A DNA stretch of 63,987 bases, counting the filler, from Bigelowiella natans CCMP2755 (lineage: Eukaryota > Protista > Cercozoa), in assembly GCA_000320545.1 (NCBI GenBank). It is 8 parts of 8 records of this genome, joined end to end, with 100 filler letters (N's around TTAATTAATTAA, not from the genome) between each part and the next. Parts side by side here need not be neighbours in the genome. Positions count along the whole stretch, not along the records: positions 32,438 to 54,345 come from ADNK01003297.1; 7 more parts are not named here. The stretch is one strand, 5' to 3'. This document shows, piece after piece, positions 39,003 through 52,683 of this stretch. A program made the translations under genes and the position numbers. Below the pieces are notes generated by a model that made no database searches, was not told where the DNA came from, and saw nothing but the letters and a program-made list of their open reading frames with translations. Position 1 is the stretch's first letter. Every line of letters starts with the position of its first letter.

Positions 39003-40865
39003 AGTGTTGTTTTATGATTTGGGAAGGAGGTGCTGACTTCTGCCTCTTAGAGTGGTTGCTGTTGTTGTGGAAGGACAGCGAAGGCGTAGCATGCATGCTG
39101 CACAATAGCTGAATCGTCGCTCACAAAGGTTCTTTCTCGTCAAGAGGCAGAGGTAAGTATGTGTGTGGGGGAGGGGAGGGGATGGTTGAGTGTGATTGTG
39201 TATATACGTGTGAGTGTATTTGTGTTGTGCGGGGGGACTATTATATTATCAAACTTCCTTCAGCTAATTTCTCTCTTCGTACGCAGCGCGTATGCGCAAC
39301 ATAAACAGTCGGTTCTCTTCAGCTCACTATCCCCTTATCACCTACTACGGCTCTACCTCGATAGCGTCTCGCTCCTTGTATTTGAGAAGGGAAAGATCGA
39401 AGAATGGGCCCACAAACTCCGAATCCTGCGCAGATGTACGTGTTTTTTGGTTGTCGCGGTCATGTTTTCTCTCGTTATCGTTTCTGTATGTTGTTGTTGT
39501 TGTGTGCCTCTGTCTTCCAAGCGATTCATCCATGAAAGAACAGAATGGCGGTTCAGCCCGGCACCAAGCGTCGTGTCCAAGATTAGATATGGAGAAATTT
39601 GAATATTGTGTGTTCCTTGTATCATCACCTTCGCCATCTCCTTATAAATACACTGCGCTGTAGATTGAATAGCGTCGCTCGTTTTTTTGTGAATGACCAC
39701 ATTGCCATAAGCCTCTAGGAATGTTTGCAGTCGAGCTACAATGTGAGGAGGAGGAGGAGGAGGAGGAGGAGGAGGAGGAGGAGGAGGATGGTATGACCTT
39801 GAGATCTATGAAAACCACGGTGTGTTGCTGACTACATTTTCGTCATTGTTATCTTTGAGGAAATCTACAAACGACATTCTTGTCTCCATCGTTGTTGTTG
39901 TTACATTTCGTTCCTTCCGCTCGATCAACATATTCCGACAATGTTTAACTTTCTCTCTCTCTCCCTCTCTCTCTCTCATTATGGAGGAAACATAGCATTC
40001 CGCAAAGGGAGATGTTTTGCCAATGTTGCTCGTAGACTACAGAAACCGCTTTAATCACGATTCTAGCATTACGCAGTTTCTTTCAGGAAAATCTGCTGTA
40101 CCTTCGATAGAAGCTGTTTGGTCTGTTGCAAGCTTATACAGCAGCATATGTCGAACAAGGCACTCCATCGTATCCTCCCAGATGTATATATTGAGTTTCT
40201 TCTTTATTGACTTGTTGATGTGCGGGACGGTGGCGAGCACATGCCGAAGGTCTCCTGGAAATCAAACGCAACAGTCAGAAGCGTCGCCACAAACACACAC
40301 AGATGTAAACGCGAAACGCGTTCTCGCGAGGTCAGGATGGATAGAAAACTCTCGGATTCGAATCTGTTAGCTGTGTGTGTGTTATGTGGTGTTATGTGTA
40401 CCCGGGCTAGCAAGAAGTACATTAATCTCCTCTTTTTCCTTTGCTTCGTCTGCAGAGAGAATATTATTGTTTCAAGCAGTTCTGGATATTTTGTCATTTG
40501 TATCACGCATGTGCTACTAGCGAGCGTCCCCGTGCGTGTGTTGGCCGTAAGAAAAACAACAGCAACAACCTGTTAAGTAGTCCAGAAGATTGAAAGCAGG
40601 GCTATATCCCCACATCGGATGCTCCCCCATCCCGGCGCTAACCTGGTATAAAACATGATGGAAATGGGTGAGATCGAATGGGCCGCAGAGAGGGGGAGAG
40701 GCGACCATTTTCGCACAAGTACGGACACACGAATGAGGCAGCCTTTTTTTTGTGTAAGAATTCGCAATGCCAACATAGCTCTATCGTCCCTGCTAGCCTT
40801 GTAGGATATATAAGGGTAACATAGACTAGTGATTTAGGAACCGGTTGGACATAAGGCGCCGCCAT
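36429..40865 (-). CDS. DNAAF3: Dynein axonemal assembly factor 3 (PF22)
   Basis: MWGYSPAFNL; DLRHVLAT; NIYIWEDTMECLVRHMLL; LKYKERDAIE; HYLGSRYDSATNIIDWDY; HYKRWRLKG; VKGFWSDIVVSPYIAFGI; VRFLAGD...YKNLFD. These match remembered DNAAF3 (DUF4470/DUF4471) motifs. Confidence 0.9.
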
Positions 40866-41433
40866 TTGTGGTGAAGGCGTGAGTCAGCTCCCTCGCGATG
40901 GGCTGGGTAATGGCGTGTGAGGGTCTGATGCGCGTTTCGTGCAGGACACTTCCGATAATTTTAATTTTCGAGTTCGTTTTCCGATAAAATAACGACTAAT
41001 ATTCCGCTACGACAACCTCGCAAAGATGTCTTCTGAATGCAAATGTCGAACATTCGTCATCGGGGCAGGAAAAACCGCGGGAAACATCGGGGAGCTCCAG
41101 CCAGAGTCGCGAATCGTTGTTGGTAATTGTTCTCGCGACAAACCTTTTAGGTTGTCTTAGATCCGAGAAAGACGGATACAACGGACTCTTGCCGAATCTT
41201 AATTACGACTTGTCTATAATGATGTCTTTTGCAATAAATGGGAGCAGAATCACGTAAATTCTGCGATGGAATAAAACGTCGAAAGAAACAGCCCTACGCC
41301 CAACGCACTGCATTCCAAAGGAGGGGGGGCGGAAGATTCTCGCCCTCTTCGTCTACGCACCCAACTTTTCTTATTTCGAATCAGTAATACGGAGAACTAA
41401 GTCATAGAAACCGTATAAAGGTGGCGAGGAAGA

Positions 41434-42597
41434 ATGGAGGGTTCTTCGAAGACGCATGTGATGCCCGCACAAACAGTGTGTGCCTTCAATGCAATTATTT
41501 CGGAGTCTGTCGAAAAACTTCAGCTTCTTTCCCTTATCATGAGTGATTCAAAGAGTCGTGGACATCAGAAGCGCAGTAAAACCGACATGCACACGCTACT
41601 TCTTCGTAGATCTGAGTTAGAACGGAAGTATGAGCAGCTGATGAAACGAAGAAACGAGCTGAAAGGGTTGCACAACAAAAAAAACTTTGAGCGTAATCAG
41701 AAGCAGATTCAAGAGTTATCCGAGGCTTTGCGTGAGTCAATCAAAACGATTTCCACAAATCTCTCTGAAAGTAATAATCCCGACCTAGCCAAAAACTTGA
41801 TTAAAGTGGAGAAAGATCGATACATTCTCGAGAGCTTGCTGCAACTCACGATAAAGGAGCTGAATACCGACCGAACTTTCAACACGTTGAAAACGCGTGT
41901 CACATCTCAGTTGGATGACCTCCATAATCTCGATGCCACTAAGAAGAAGCGCGCGGTGATATCAGAGAGTCTGAAAGAGATAGAGGCTCATCTGAAGAAG
42001 GAGCGTGAGCTTTTTGAGAAAAATGTGAAAAGCCGCGAGGATGAAATATCGAAACTGACACTTAAGCTGCAACATCTTAAGGCTGAGACGGCCGCCACAC
42101 AAAAGTATGAAGCTTCCAAGGCCGCTGCCGCAGCCAATACACACAAGCGCATGATTCGCAGAGAGATTGGAGTCATAGACAGCGAGATCGATGCTTACAA
42201 AGGGAAACTCGCGAATGAGGGCAAGATAAATGAGGCGGCCACCACATTCCTTGTTAATCGACAAAATGAGATGAAGGCAAAATTTGAGGAGTGGACGAAA
42301 AAGTTCAACACAGACAAGAAGAAGATGCAAAATCAACTCGACGACTTGACGGAAGACCGAGATTCGGTCAAAATCGAACTGGATGCACTTCGAGCGCGAG
42401 TGGAAGATTACAAGCAGGAGGAAAAGCATAGATTGGATCTTGAGAGAAAGAAGAAGGAGGCACTTGCAGTCCGGAGGGAGGAGGAGAGAAAGATGTTCAC
42501 CGCAGCATCAAAGATCCGATTCTATTGGAACGTATTCTGGAGGAAAGAAGGCTCTAAATCAAAAGGCAAGAAGAAAAAGAAGGGAAAGAAAAAGTAA
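41434..42597 (+). CDS. DRC9: Nexin-dynein regulatory complex subunit DRC9 (IQCG/FAP122), intronless
   Basis: 387-aa coiled coil: LERKYEQLMKRRNELKGLHNKKNFERNQKQIQELSEALRES...NPDLAKNLIKVEKDR; C-terminal IQ-like AASKIRFYW and poly-Lys tail KGKKKKKGKKK. Confidence 0.85.
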   Translation: MEGSSKTHVMPAQTVCAFNAIISESVEKLQLLSLIMSDSKSRGHQKRSKTDMHTLLLRRSELERKYEQLMKRRNELKGLHNKKNFERNQKQIQELSEALRESIKTISTNLSESNNPDLAKNLIKVEKDRYILESLLQLTIKELNTDRTFNTLKTRVTSQLDDLHNLDATKKKRAVISESLKEIEAHLKKERELFEKNVKSREDEISKLTLKLQHLKAETAATQKYEASKAAAAANTHKRMIRREIGVIDSEIDAYKGKLANEGKINEAATTFLVNRQNEMKAKFEEWTKKFNTDKKKMQNQLDDLTEDRDSVKIELDALRARVEDYKQEEKHRLDLERKKKEALAVRREEERKMFTAASKIRFYWNVFWRKEGSKSKGKKKKKGKKK

Positions 42598-44070
42598 TAA
42601 TAAACTGATTGATAACGCTCCAGCAAGGGAATACAGAAGTTTATTTCTCGGATGCAACAATGTATGTGCTCTCTATAGAATTCATAGCACTGAAACAATT
42701 TTCACAAGAGCTAGTTATGCTACATTGATAACAATAGGAATTACTGCTACATCTATCTGATGGTGTGCGCTGTAAGTATGTAACAAGTGTAGAGCAAAGT
42801 TGCCCCAGATAGCATCTACAACATTATTGCCATACATATTGCTTTAGCCAAATTAATGTAATCATCACCATTGCCAAATGGCATCCCTGCCAATTGCAAA
42901 GCGTAGCATATATATAGCGCAGCTGCAAAAAAGAAAATGAGCTTATGAAGCTGTACATGATGAAACCGATACTACATGTATATGCACGCTATATGGCTTG
43001 GACTCATCAGTGCACATGTAGATGCATCATGCAATTCGTGTATTTATATTGTACGTAGCTATGATAGCATCCTTACGCGGGTGCTATATCGCCAATCGCC
43101 AAACAAATCGCCAGATCGGCCATATTCGCTATGTGACGCACATGCATGTCACATCCCAAGGCATCAATGGAGATAAGTGCTCGCGCGCGATATGCGATTG
43201 ACTCCGGACATCATGCTAATTGCTGATAGCTGCTGTGGTGCTACGTAGCAATGGAAGAACAGGGATTTTATGAGGGTTTTACTTGACGTTGTGGGCAGCT
43301 GCAATAATGCTACGCGTACGGCGTAATAATAACGTTGTAGCGTCGCTTCTATTGCGTAGCCATATATGCGCTATATGCGAATGCATCATTTTATTCATAA
43401 CTTTCAGACGAAATTTCAAAGAAAATAGGAATTATTTATTCACGACAAATTCGGGGTCAGATGTTCTCTCATTAACTAATGTAACTATTTAACAAGCATA
43501 ATCACGCTTGATCGTCATTTGATATTGCCCGTTGCGAATTGAGTTGTGCGTCGATCGTGAAAAATTGCAGACAACACAAAACGTTGCTGCTGATGATTGA
43601 TGGTCTCCAAAAATGTAAACTGGGAGTTTGCTACAAGGCGTACTTACTTTTTCTCGGTCCTCCTCCTTCCACCGACCAATTCCCTAACACTACAGGCCTC
43701 GCCAACAAGCGTGCAACTTCGAGGTCAACAACAAATTAATGTTGTTTATTACTACTACTACGTGCGGGCATTGCTGTTCATGAGCTGGCATTCTTCTCGC
43801 TTCCGCAAGATAAGAATACCGGGTCAAACAACTACTAGCCCGCCTCCTTCAAAAGTTAAGGTACGCTTATTTTATGTGACTTGACATCTTCCTTGATACT
43901 AAGTTACTACGACTGCCAAGGGATGGTCGGATGTGAGTATGTGTGTATTTGTGTGTATTGGTTTGATTTCTCTTATACATTATCAAGGCTTAGGCTTTGA
44001 TGAGCACAATTCAATTGTTTTCCTCAGCTCTTCTTGCCTTACAGAGAGGCGTTCGTATGTCACCATCTGC

Positions 44071-45195
44071 TCAATAGTAGTACGTGTTTCTCGCTCTCTT
44101 TCTCTGATTGCCTATTGCCTGCGAAGAAGGTTTTATATCTTTGCTTCGAGGATTGCTGCTGTTGCTGTTATTGTTGTGCACTTGCTTGTGGCGCTTCATG
44201 TTAGAGAGATGCGAGAAATGCCGGCCGCACAGGTCACAACCGTATGGTTTTTCACCACTATGAGTTCTCTCATGAGACTTAAGATTTGACTTCTGGCGAA
44301 ACCTTTTATCGCACCAACGGCATTGAAGCTTCTTACCATCTGCTTTCAGGGAAGGTGTGGCCGATGCACCAACAGGGAGAGGGACGCTCATGGCAGCAGC
44401 CCTCTTCAGACTGTTCATGGACGAAAGATGTAAAACAGCTGGTGGAGGCGGAGGAGGGGGTATAGATCCTTGGGGAGAATATACAGCTTCGGTATCCTCG
44501 GGGATAGAAGCTTCAGGAGTTGGATCAAGTTGTTGTTGTTGCTGCTGCTGAGAAGAGCTACTCGTTTGTCCGACCCATTTGAATTTTCCACCAGCTGTCA
44601 GCTCCAGCTTACCATTCTGAGAGAAATCCCTCTCGGTGGTCGCGAGACCTCTCTTCCTAGACGCAGGGGCTTCCATCAGGCGAGCTTCAATCTCATTTAA
44701 CCGGTCGCGCTTAAGCTGTGCACTTGGAGGCAGAGTGAAGATACCGCTGTTTTTTTCTTCTAAGCGTTCCGAAGGCTGCTTTTGCCTTTGAGGGAGCTTA
44801 CCACTAGCCTCCTCAAAAATGCTACCAGCATTTTTATTTGGACCGTGGGTACTGATTGGCTCGTGTTCGAGTGTTTTACCAATATTCATTTGTGCGGAGG
44901 GAGTCTTATGCTTGTCTGGCGAACCGTTCGGACTTTCCCATCCAGGAGGATCATTTCGGTTTATATTTCTCTTAGTCTGGCGAGATATTGGAGCCGCCAT
45001 TTCTTTCCTAAGAACGTCTAGGATGTTTGCGACGTTCTCGTTGATGTCATCGACTAGAGTTTTCACAGATTCAGGACTGTTCCCTTCCATTTCTGCTTTG
45101 GTCCATACCGCTCGAATGAAGCCCCGCAAATGCAGAAGCCGTTCGAACGCAGTAAACACGCGGCGAGAATGCGAACGAGACGTGTACACATCCAT
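44071..45195 (-). CDS. C2H2 zinc-finger transcription factor (two fingers)
   Basis: CRWCDKRFRQKSNLKSHERTH-SGEKPY-GCDLCGRHFSHLSNMKRHKQVH with canonical linker; Q/P-rich region upstream. First ATG at 45195; the 3' end may be spliced further. Confidence 0.9.
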   Translation of the reverse strand: MDVYTSRSHSRRVFTAFERLLHLRGFIRAVWTKAEMEGNSPESVKTLVDDINENVANILDVLRKEMAAPISRQTKRNINRNDPPGWESPNGSPDKHKTPSAQMNIGKTLEHEPISTHGPNKNAGSIFEEASGKLPQRQKQPSERLEEKNSGIFTLPPSAQLKRDRLNEIEARLMEAPASRKRGLATTERDFSQNGKLELTAGGKFKWVGQTSSSSQQQQQQQLDPTPEASIPEDTEAVYSPQGSIPPPPPPPAVLHLSSMNSLKRAAAMSVPLPVGASATPSLKADGKKLQCRWCDKRFRQKSNLKSHERTHSGEKPYGCDLCGRHFSHLSNMKRHKQVHNNNSNSSNPRSKDIKPSSQAIGNQRKRARNTYYY

Positions 45196-47334
45196 TTTGA
45201 ATTTGAACAGGTGAAGGGATGGAAAGGAAAAGATTTTCTTGAGGAGGGGGCGAGATGTTCGAACTACCCCAGGTGTTGGTTGGTCGTCTCTGAGGTGCTT
45301 CAGTCTCAATTAGCAACGAATAGAACCCAAAATTATTAAAACTTTCTTCACGATTAGGACTCTTCGAGAAAGCAGAAAATAGTAATAAAGCGGCAGAATG
45401 TAATGATATCTAGGATAAATGGCATTGATTTACATACATATTAATATTTATTGTCGTAATAGTCATCTGTGTATCTAACATATCATAAATATAAGCCAAA
45501 ACATACTTGTGACTCGGGAATTATTACTTTTACTGATGGCACGGAATGCATAAAAAATGTGTTCTAATCATAAATATAAGTCTGAAATATATTTCATTTA
45601 AGTTCTAATTAAGTTTCATAGCTCTGGTACATACACTATTTATCCTTAATCTATTTTTAACGTCATCTCAAATTGTATGTATCAATCTAAAACTCAGGTT
45701 ATATTAAATTTTCAAGAGTGAATCTCTAGTCTGGATGAATATTTCCTAAATACCAAAACGTTTTCTCGGCTGTACCTTACTTTTTCAGATTTTTAGATGT
45801 TAAAACACAACATGAATAGGCTCTTATTAGCATTTAAATACATAAATACTAATAATAAATATAAAATTGAAATTGCATTTATAGTTATATCGTATAATAT
45901 CACTTTTTTCTAAGCTGAGGCTTGGATTGGTTTCGTCTGAAGAAAGTACATATTCTCGGCCTTTTAAGAAAGCAAAAAAGTGTTATGATGCAATATTCAT
46001 GTTGAGACGTAAATTCAATTGTTCATGTATTTATCAATTTTTTGTTAAAATATGTACAAATGTGCCGATTCGTAATGCCTTAAAGTTGCCGTCTCTTAAT
46101 TGAGATGCATTTTGTAATTTTAGGCGATATGAGAAGATTCGTAAAGGTCTGACGAAGAATCTCTCTTTGCGATTAATGGTGCCTCTCTTCCGACTCTGAA
46201 TACTGCTCATTCGAATTACTACATAAATGTAGGAATTTTTTTATCTGTGACGCCTTTCGGAACTCATTTTATCAAAAAAGAGGATACACCCAAGAAATGA
46301 AATAACAAAACACTTTGCATTTTATCTTTAAAGCATCATGAATATTGATATTTCAATGCTAAAATTGCCTAACAAAGATTCTTTGGTTTTTGGTGCAGCT
46401 TCAGAATTATTTTCGAATAAAAGGTGGTAGAAATCCCTGCAATAATACCGGGATATATTGAATGTTAAGAGAGAATTGTGATGTCTGATATTTGAAAACT
46501 ATCCGACAATCATAAAATAAGATTTACAGGATCATCGTTTATGTCTTATGAAATTTCTTGCCTTCTCAGTTCGAAAGAGAGATGTCTTTCTCTATTCGTG
46601 CGCGAGGTGACTCACGCGCAGTCGAATACCGAATGTACACGACAGAGCAGTTCAGCCGTTTTGATTATTAAAAATAAGACAGATGAATTCTCAATCCTTA
46701 GTGACTATTTTCTAAATTGACTGAGAATTTACACAGTGTGAACGTAAGTCGCCAATGATTCGCAACAATGATTGCGATCAGTATGGTTTCTGCATATTTC
46801 GAAAGTCTTGTATTGCTCACGAGCACTGCAAAGAAAATAGGGCCTTTGGTCCTGTTTTGATCAGTAATCGATGGTGTTTAGAAGTGATCTCTCAACGGCT
46901 GGGAACTTCATTTCATACAAAATGTAGGGCATTTCGCGCATCCTTCGAACCCCATCCAATATTCCGTTGACCGTCAAAACCACAATTGCTTGATCCTTTC
47001 ACGAGTCGCGCTTCAAAAACAAAATCCATAAATCCCGAAAATTGCAGAATCACATCCTTTGGTCAAATCCGGTGCAAAATATTGTCTAAAAATTTGAAGG
47101 GGGGAACCCGTTTGCCAGGAGCATCTCGATTTCAGTCTTCCGGAAGAACTCGAAGCGGATACGAGATGAAAACACAGGCAGAAGACAATTATTTAGGCAT
47201 GTCGTCTGCAAGAAAAAGAGCATATTTTTCCCTTGGGTGTGAGTGTGAAGACTAGTCACAATTCTGAAAGCACCAGTAACCGAAGGCAAACTGCCACCCG
47301 CCCCCCGAGTGTTTGCTCCCGCAGAGCATACGCG

Positions 47335-47597
47335 ATGGAGGAGTCTCGCAGCAGAATAGGCCAGATTCTAAAAGATGCGAAAGAGTCGCGGAAGGTTGAA
47401 TAAGAACTGAGTTATAGCACGTTGGAGGCGATGAATTCTCGGATAGAGATCATGTTGGTTGCTGGTTTTGCCAGAATAACGCATCTCTTTATGCCCCCTG
47501 TTATCAGCAAATTCGGTTCGGCAACACCCCGGGATATATACCTAAGCATCCATCCAAAGGGACGCATTCAAGGTTGTTTTCACTTGTACATCTATAC

Positions 47598-47644
<47 letters not shown>

Positions 47645-48772
47645 TCTCTCTTTCTCTCTTCCCAGTTTTCTTCTGCCCATCCCCCTTCTCTCTGACGTAG
47701 TATTTGCGTGTTTATGTGTTACATCCTTTAGAATACCATCCCTGATACCGCAACATGTTGCTCGATCGACGCTGAGAGGCGAACAGACGCAAACCAGCAT
47801 GAGAAGAGGCAAAATATTTTTCATTTCCTCTTTTTTTTGGGTCGGTCAGCTTCGTCCCCACCTGCTAGTGATACGAAAGAGCACGCACCTGTTCGTGCTA
47901 AAGCTGCCATCACGTTGTAAATTCATAGCCTGTCTCCAGATAATCTCTGGCTTCTGTTGCTGTGGGGGCTTTTATCGTGGAATAAGAAGAAAAAGAACAT
48001 GAATTACAACAATGCTTTCCTGAATTCTCTCATGATGTATCAAAGGTGTGAGCCTGGACTATATTAGCAATGGGGTTCCTGTCAGTAGGCGTCGCGGTGG
48101 AGACGAGGATGTACATAAATGCACGGAACATTGTCTCATTTTGCAGAAGAATACTCTGTTCGCCTGTCGCGTGTAATATTCAACACCATTGGATTTACAT
48201 ATGTATTGCTCAGATTCGGCGTAGAAACCGAAGCGTGCCCGCCAGAAGAGGTAAGCCGTGAGTATCATTAGCTGCCAAACACGCACACACACGCGCTTGC
48301 TTGCTTTCGATGGTCAGCATGTGCCAAGACTGCGTGTCTTAAACGCTCGTTCCTTTGCCGATTTTTGCCCATCTGATGCCTAAGTTGTGTCATAATCCAT
48401 CTACTCGCGCGCGCCCAGGGTCCGCTCCAGACGGACATCTTTCCAAATCGAAGTTCAAGCGCGTCAGCGGCGGCAGCCTAGGTGAAAGTGATCATGCATC
48501 GTCATCGGCATCGTCGGTGGTGAAGAAGAATAAGAAGAGAACCAGTGTCAGTAGCAATGGCGCCGTCCCATCTCGGCCCCGCGGGATGTCGATTCCAACG
48601 GCAACTGCGGATATTCATGATTCGAGCTTGCCTTCGGAGCGCATGAAAAGGTGGTCTTCGCTTTGTTGTTTTCCCGCCTTTCTCTCGGCATCTGAGTGTA
48701 CCCGTGCGTATCGTGTTTCTCGTATACGTGCGTGTTTGGTTCTATATTTGATTGAAAACGGTTATTCAATAA

Positions 48773-48827
<55 letters not shown>

Positions 48828-50157
48828 CTTCCTTCCTCTTTCTTTCATTCCTCCCCCATTTACTTGCAACCCCTCCCCAAGGCCCCCCTCCCTCCTTATT
48901 TTCTCCCGTTTCATTCGGAGGAACGAGTCGAACTCGTACATCGTAGCTTTTGCCCTGCAGCTTATGCCACGCAATTAATTGATCAAGAACCTTCCGCCCC
49001 CCCCCCGCCCCCCCTTCCGCTCTTTTTCCGCGCGCACTCAGAATTGCGGTGTTGGAGGCCAGGGTGAAGTCTAAGAGACTGACAAATGCCCAGAAATACG
49101 CCATAAAGTCGGTTTCTCAATCGATTTCTGTTCAAAGAAGATCATGATTGCGCCACCTCTCGGCACCACCTATCATTCCAACGATCGATTTCTCCCTACC
49201 CCCTTCCTCCCCCGAACCCCCCAAAAAAAGAAGAGTAACATGTGCGGTGTCCTGATAGTTGCACTCGTTCGTTGTGTTTCGCATGAAATTTGGCCTGGTG
49301 GCGCTGCAATACGGCGTCCCCGTTGTCAGCGCTAGCAGTCCTTAGTTTGCATGCAATGATGCAATCGCAAGTGCGTGTGTGCGAGGAGGCTTGTCTGAAT
49401 ACATTCTCCCCCCCCTCCAGAAAGCAGTTACAAGTAGAGAAGGCACTCAAGATAAAAGAGGACAGGTATATCCCTGCGTGAAGAACACGTGCTGAGCTCT
49501 GACTTTGTGGCGATAACGATGGTGGTTGTGATGATATGGACCTAGGAAAATAGCTGCTATGCATCCTTCTCACCAGAAGAAGTACATAAGAAAGCAACAT
49601 AGCCAGCACTCGAAAGACAATGCAACGTCTTCGTCTACGACATCAACCGCCAAAGGTACATTGCAGCGAACACGCGATCGCCGCTATTGGTTATTTGAAT
49701 GGCATGCATACATATGTGTGCGTGCGAATTTGTGCGTGTGTGTGTGTGTGTGTGCGCGCGCGCGCGTCCACATTGAACCCACGCTTTCCAACTACACATC
49801 CCCCACACCATTCATAATCCAATCTCCACAGCTTCCAGCGCGAAATCTATCACAAAGAGCGCGAAGCACAAGAGCGTGGGAAGCATGAAGTAGTCGTAAA
49901 TAGCAGTCGTTACTGGGGAGAGGGGGGGGGGGAAGGGGCGAAGTACAATTAGACAACAGAAGATTCTGAGACAGATATGCACTATTCAAAACACGAACAT
50001 AGCGCACGCGAGCGAATGTGTACGATGTTTCTCACTCAGTGCTCTTACGATGTGCCGAGACGATAGCGGAAATCTACAATGATAATAATATTAATAATAA
50101 TGATAAGTATAGAAAATGAGCATAGCTCTACTCTGATTACATCGTTGAATTGCACGT

Positions 50158-50193
<36 letters not shown>

Positions 50194-50370
50194 TGCAATA
50201 AAACAAGTAGGAAGAAAAGGCAACCAAGAATACGTCAGAAACTAGCTCATGCCCGGAGGCAAAATGAACCTACCCACACTTTCTCGGGTTAGACAACGTT
50301 TTCGTCCAAAGATACCTCATCCCATCTTTGTTCCTGTTCTGAAGTGTCCATCCGAACTTATCAAATGTAG

Positions 50371-50408
<38 letters not shown>

Positions 50409-50735
50409 CGTGTGTGCTTCTCCACCCCTTTGCTGGCCCGTCATAATGAACCATCTCTTCGTTTCCTCACGTACTTACAAACGATTCGATAGGCACCTCA
50501 AAGCTTGCTCCCTCGTGCATAAAGGTGCGGCCTTCTACTATTAGAAAGAGAAGAGGAGGAAACACGCAATTTACCGGCGCATTGAAAATCCATACAGCCC
50601 CTCACCCATTGAGTTGTTTTCCTTTGTTGTCTTCTGACGGCGATGGTTCTCCACAGCTAGGAATCCGTATAATGTCAGACAGCAAAGCGAATAGCTCTAA
50701 CGACGGTATTGATGCACACAAACGCTCGCACGGCT

Positions 50736-50779
<44 letters not shown>

Positions 50780-51027
50780 TTGCGTGTGTACTGAACGCCG
50801 GGCTATTTCAAACGACACGATCTACTTACTTATAGACGCTGCTGCAGCTGCATCCATCGTTCGCATCACAGCTGCTAATAAGATCCGGACAACGAGTGAG
50901 TGGAACATCAACCAACAGAGAGCAGAATTACGCCTTTACATTCTCTGATAGAGCCACGATCGACGAAATCCGCAGTCAACAATATGATGATGATGATAAT
51001 GATGATGATGATGATGATGGTAATGAT

Positions 51028-51074
<47 letters not shown>

Positions 51075-51870
51075 GCCTACGGCGCGCATATATCAGATCG
51101 GAAGAGCGGTGTAGATGCTGACTGGCTTGTGGATACCGTATTCAATGATGATGACGAAAGTGGCGACGACGCGGCAGCGTCTGCGGAGCAAAGACCGCTG
51201 AATAAATCGGCCAAACGGAAAGGAGACAGGGTGCGGTTCGTTCACTAGCTACTTTCCGTGCGCGAAGAAAACTAACTCGCCGATGATATTTTTATCCGAC
51301 AAGTTTACACATCCAAGGCGCCGATGACTTTCTCATTATAACTGCCGTTGCAGGCTTGCTTCGGGGCCTTTTTTGCTTGCGTAAAACCGGACATCGCAGC
51401 AAAGTTAAAATCGGGTAGATAAACAGCAATATATGCAAAATCTCTGCTGCTGCGACTAGTACTACTACTCCACGCAACGACTGCTGGGTCATTCCCAAAT
51501 AGTCTTAGATGTGTTTCTCCAGTGGGGTCTCAATTCAGCGGTGAGCCAGTGAATCCTAGGCGGCGAGCGAAAAATCCCGTGTCGCAGACAACAACAAAAC
51601 GGCTCGCCCTGCCAAGAATCTTGTTCAAATGCATGATGAGGCTTCGTCAGCCATACTTGTTGCTTCCAGCTAAAACCGAGTTCTTTGCTGGTGCAGGTGG
51701 AAGCAGCGTCGTGGTCGTGTGCGGGGAGGATGACAGCCCCCGCTCTCTGTTTGGCGGATTGAAGGCGTTTCTAAATAGTGAAAGCGGCAATACTTCGATC
51801 GCCAAGGCAAGCCACGATGCGGTGAGTCAACCTAGTAGCAGCCCGAGATTTGTAAGCGAAACATATAATG

Positions 51871-51912
<42 letters not shown>

Positions 51913-51913
51913 C

Positions 51914-51950
<37 letters not shown>

Positions 51951-52647
51951 CTTTCTTGCTAATTTCTATCGGTCCGTCATGTGCGTTTTGTGTGTGTTTG
52001 TGCGGTGATATGCAGAAGCACCAAGCTGTGGATCCGGCCTATCACCAGATAGCCTCGTCCTACCAATTCGGTGCTAGCATCAAACGTCAAACTACCGGAA
52101 AACACATGATTCATCCTGAATAGTTAAGAGCAATGCTCACAGCTAAATCTGCAACCCCTCCTTCCCCTCTTTTCTCTTTCAATAGGCTTCCTTCCCCGTC
52201 TGCTTCACCAGATCTACAGCTATATCGATGAAAAGGCGGGGGTTTTAGGGGGGGGGGAGGATGATACGATGAAAGTCCGGTTGGGAATGTGTGATTTGGT
52301 TGGCGACGATTACTTCGATCTTCTTGATCCAGAGAACAATAGCGCCATCGGCGAGGGGGCTGCTGCTGCCCCTGGAATCCAACCAAGACCTGTTAAAATA
52401 CGCGAATCCTCAGTAAGATGTTATGTACTATATTGTATACATAACATGATGATGTTGCGGATGTGTGCGTCGTCCTTGCAAATGAGGGCGCGAGCATCTG
52501 CGGGGGTTAAAATGCCTCTTGCTGTTTGCGCGCGTGTGTGTGTGTGTGTGTGTGTGTATAGGGTCAGCATTGACTTCATCTTGTTTTCTCTGTTGTGTAG
52601 GATGGAGACTCGTATATCGAAAATCAAATATGGTATATTATATATTT

Positions 52648-52683
<36 letters not shown>

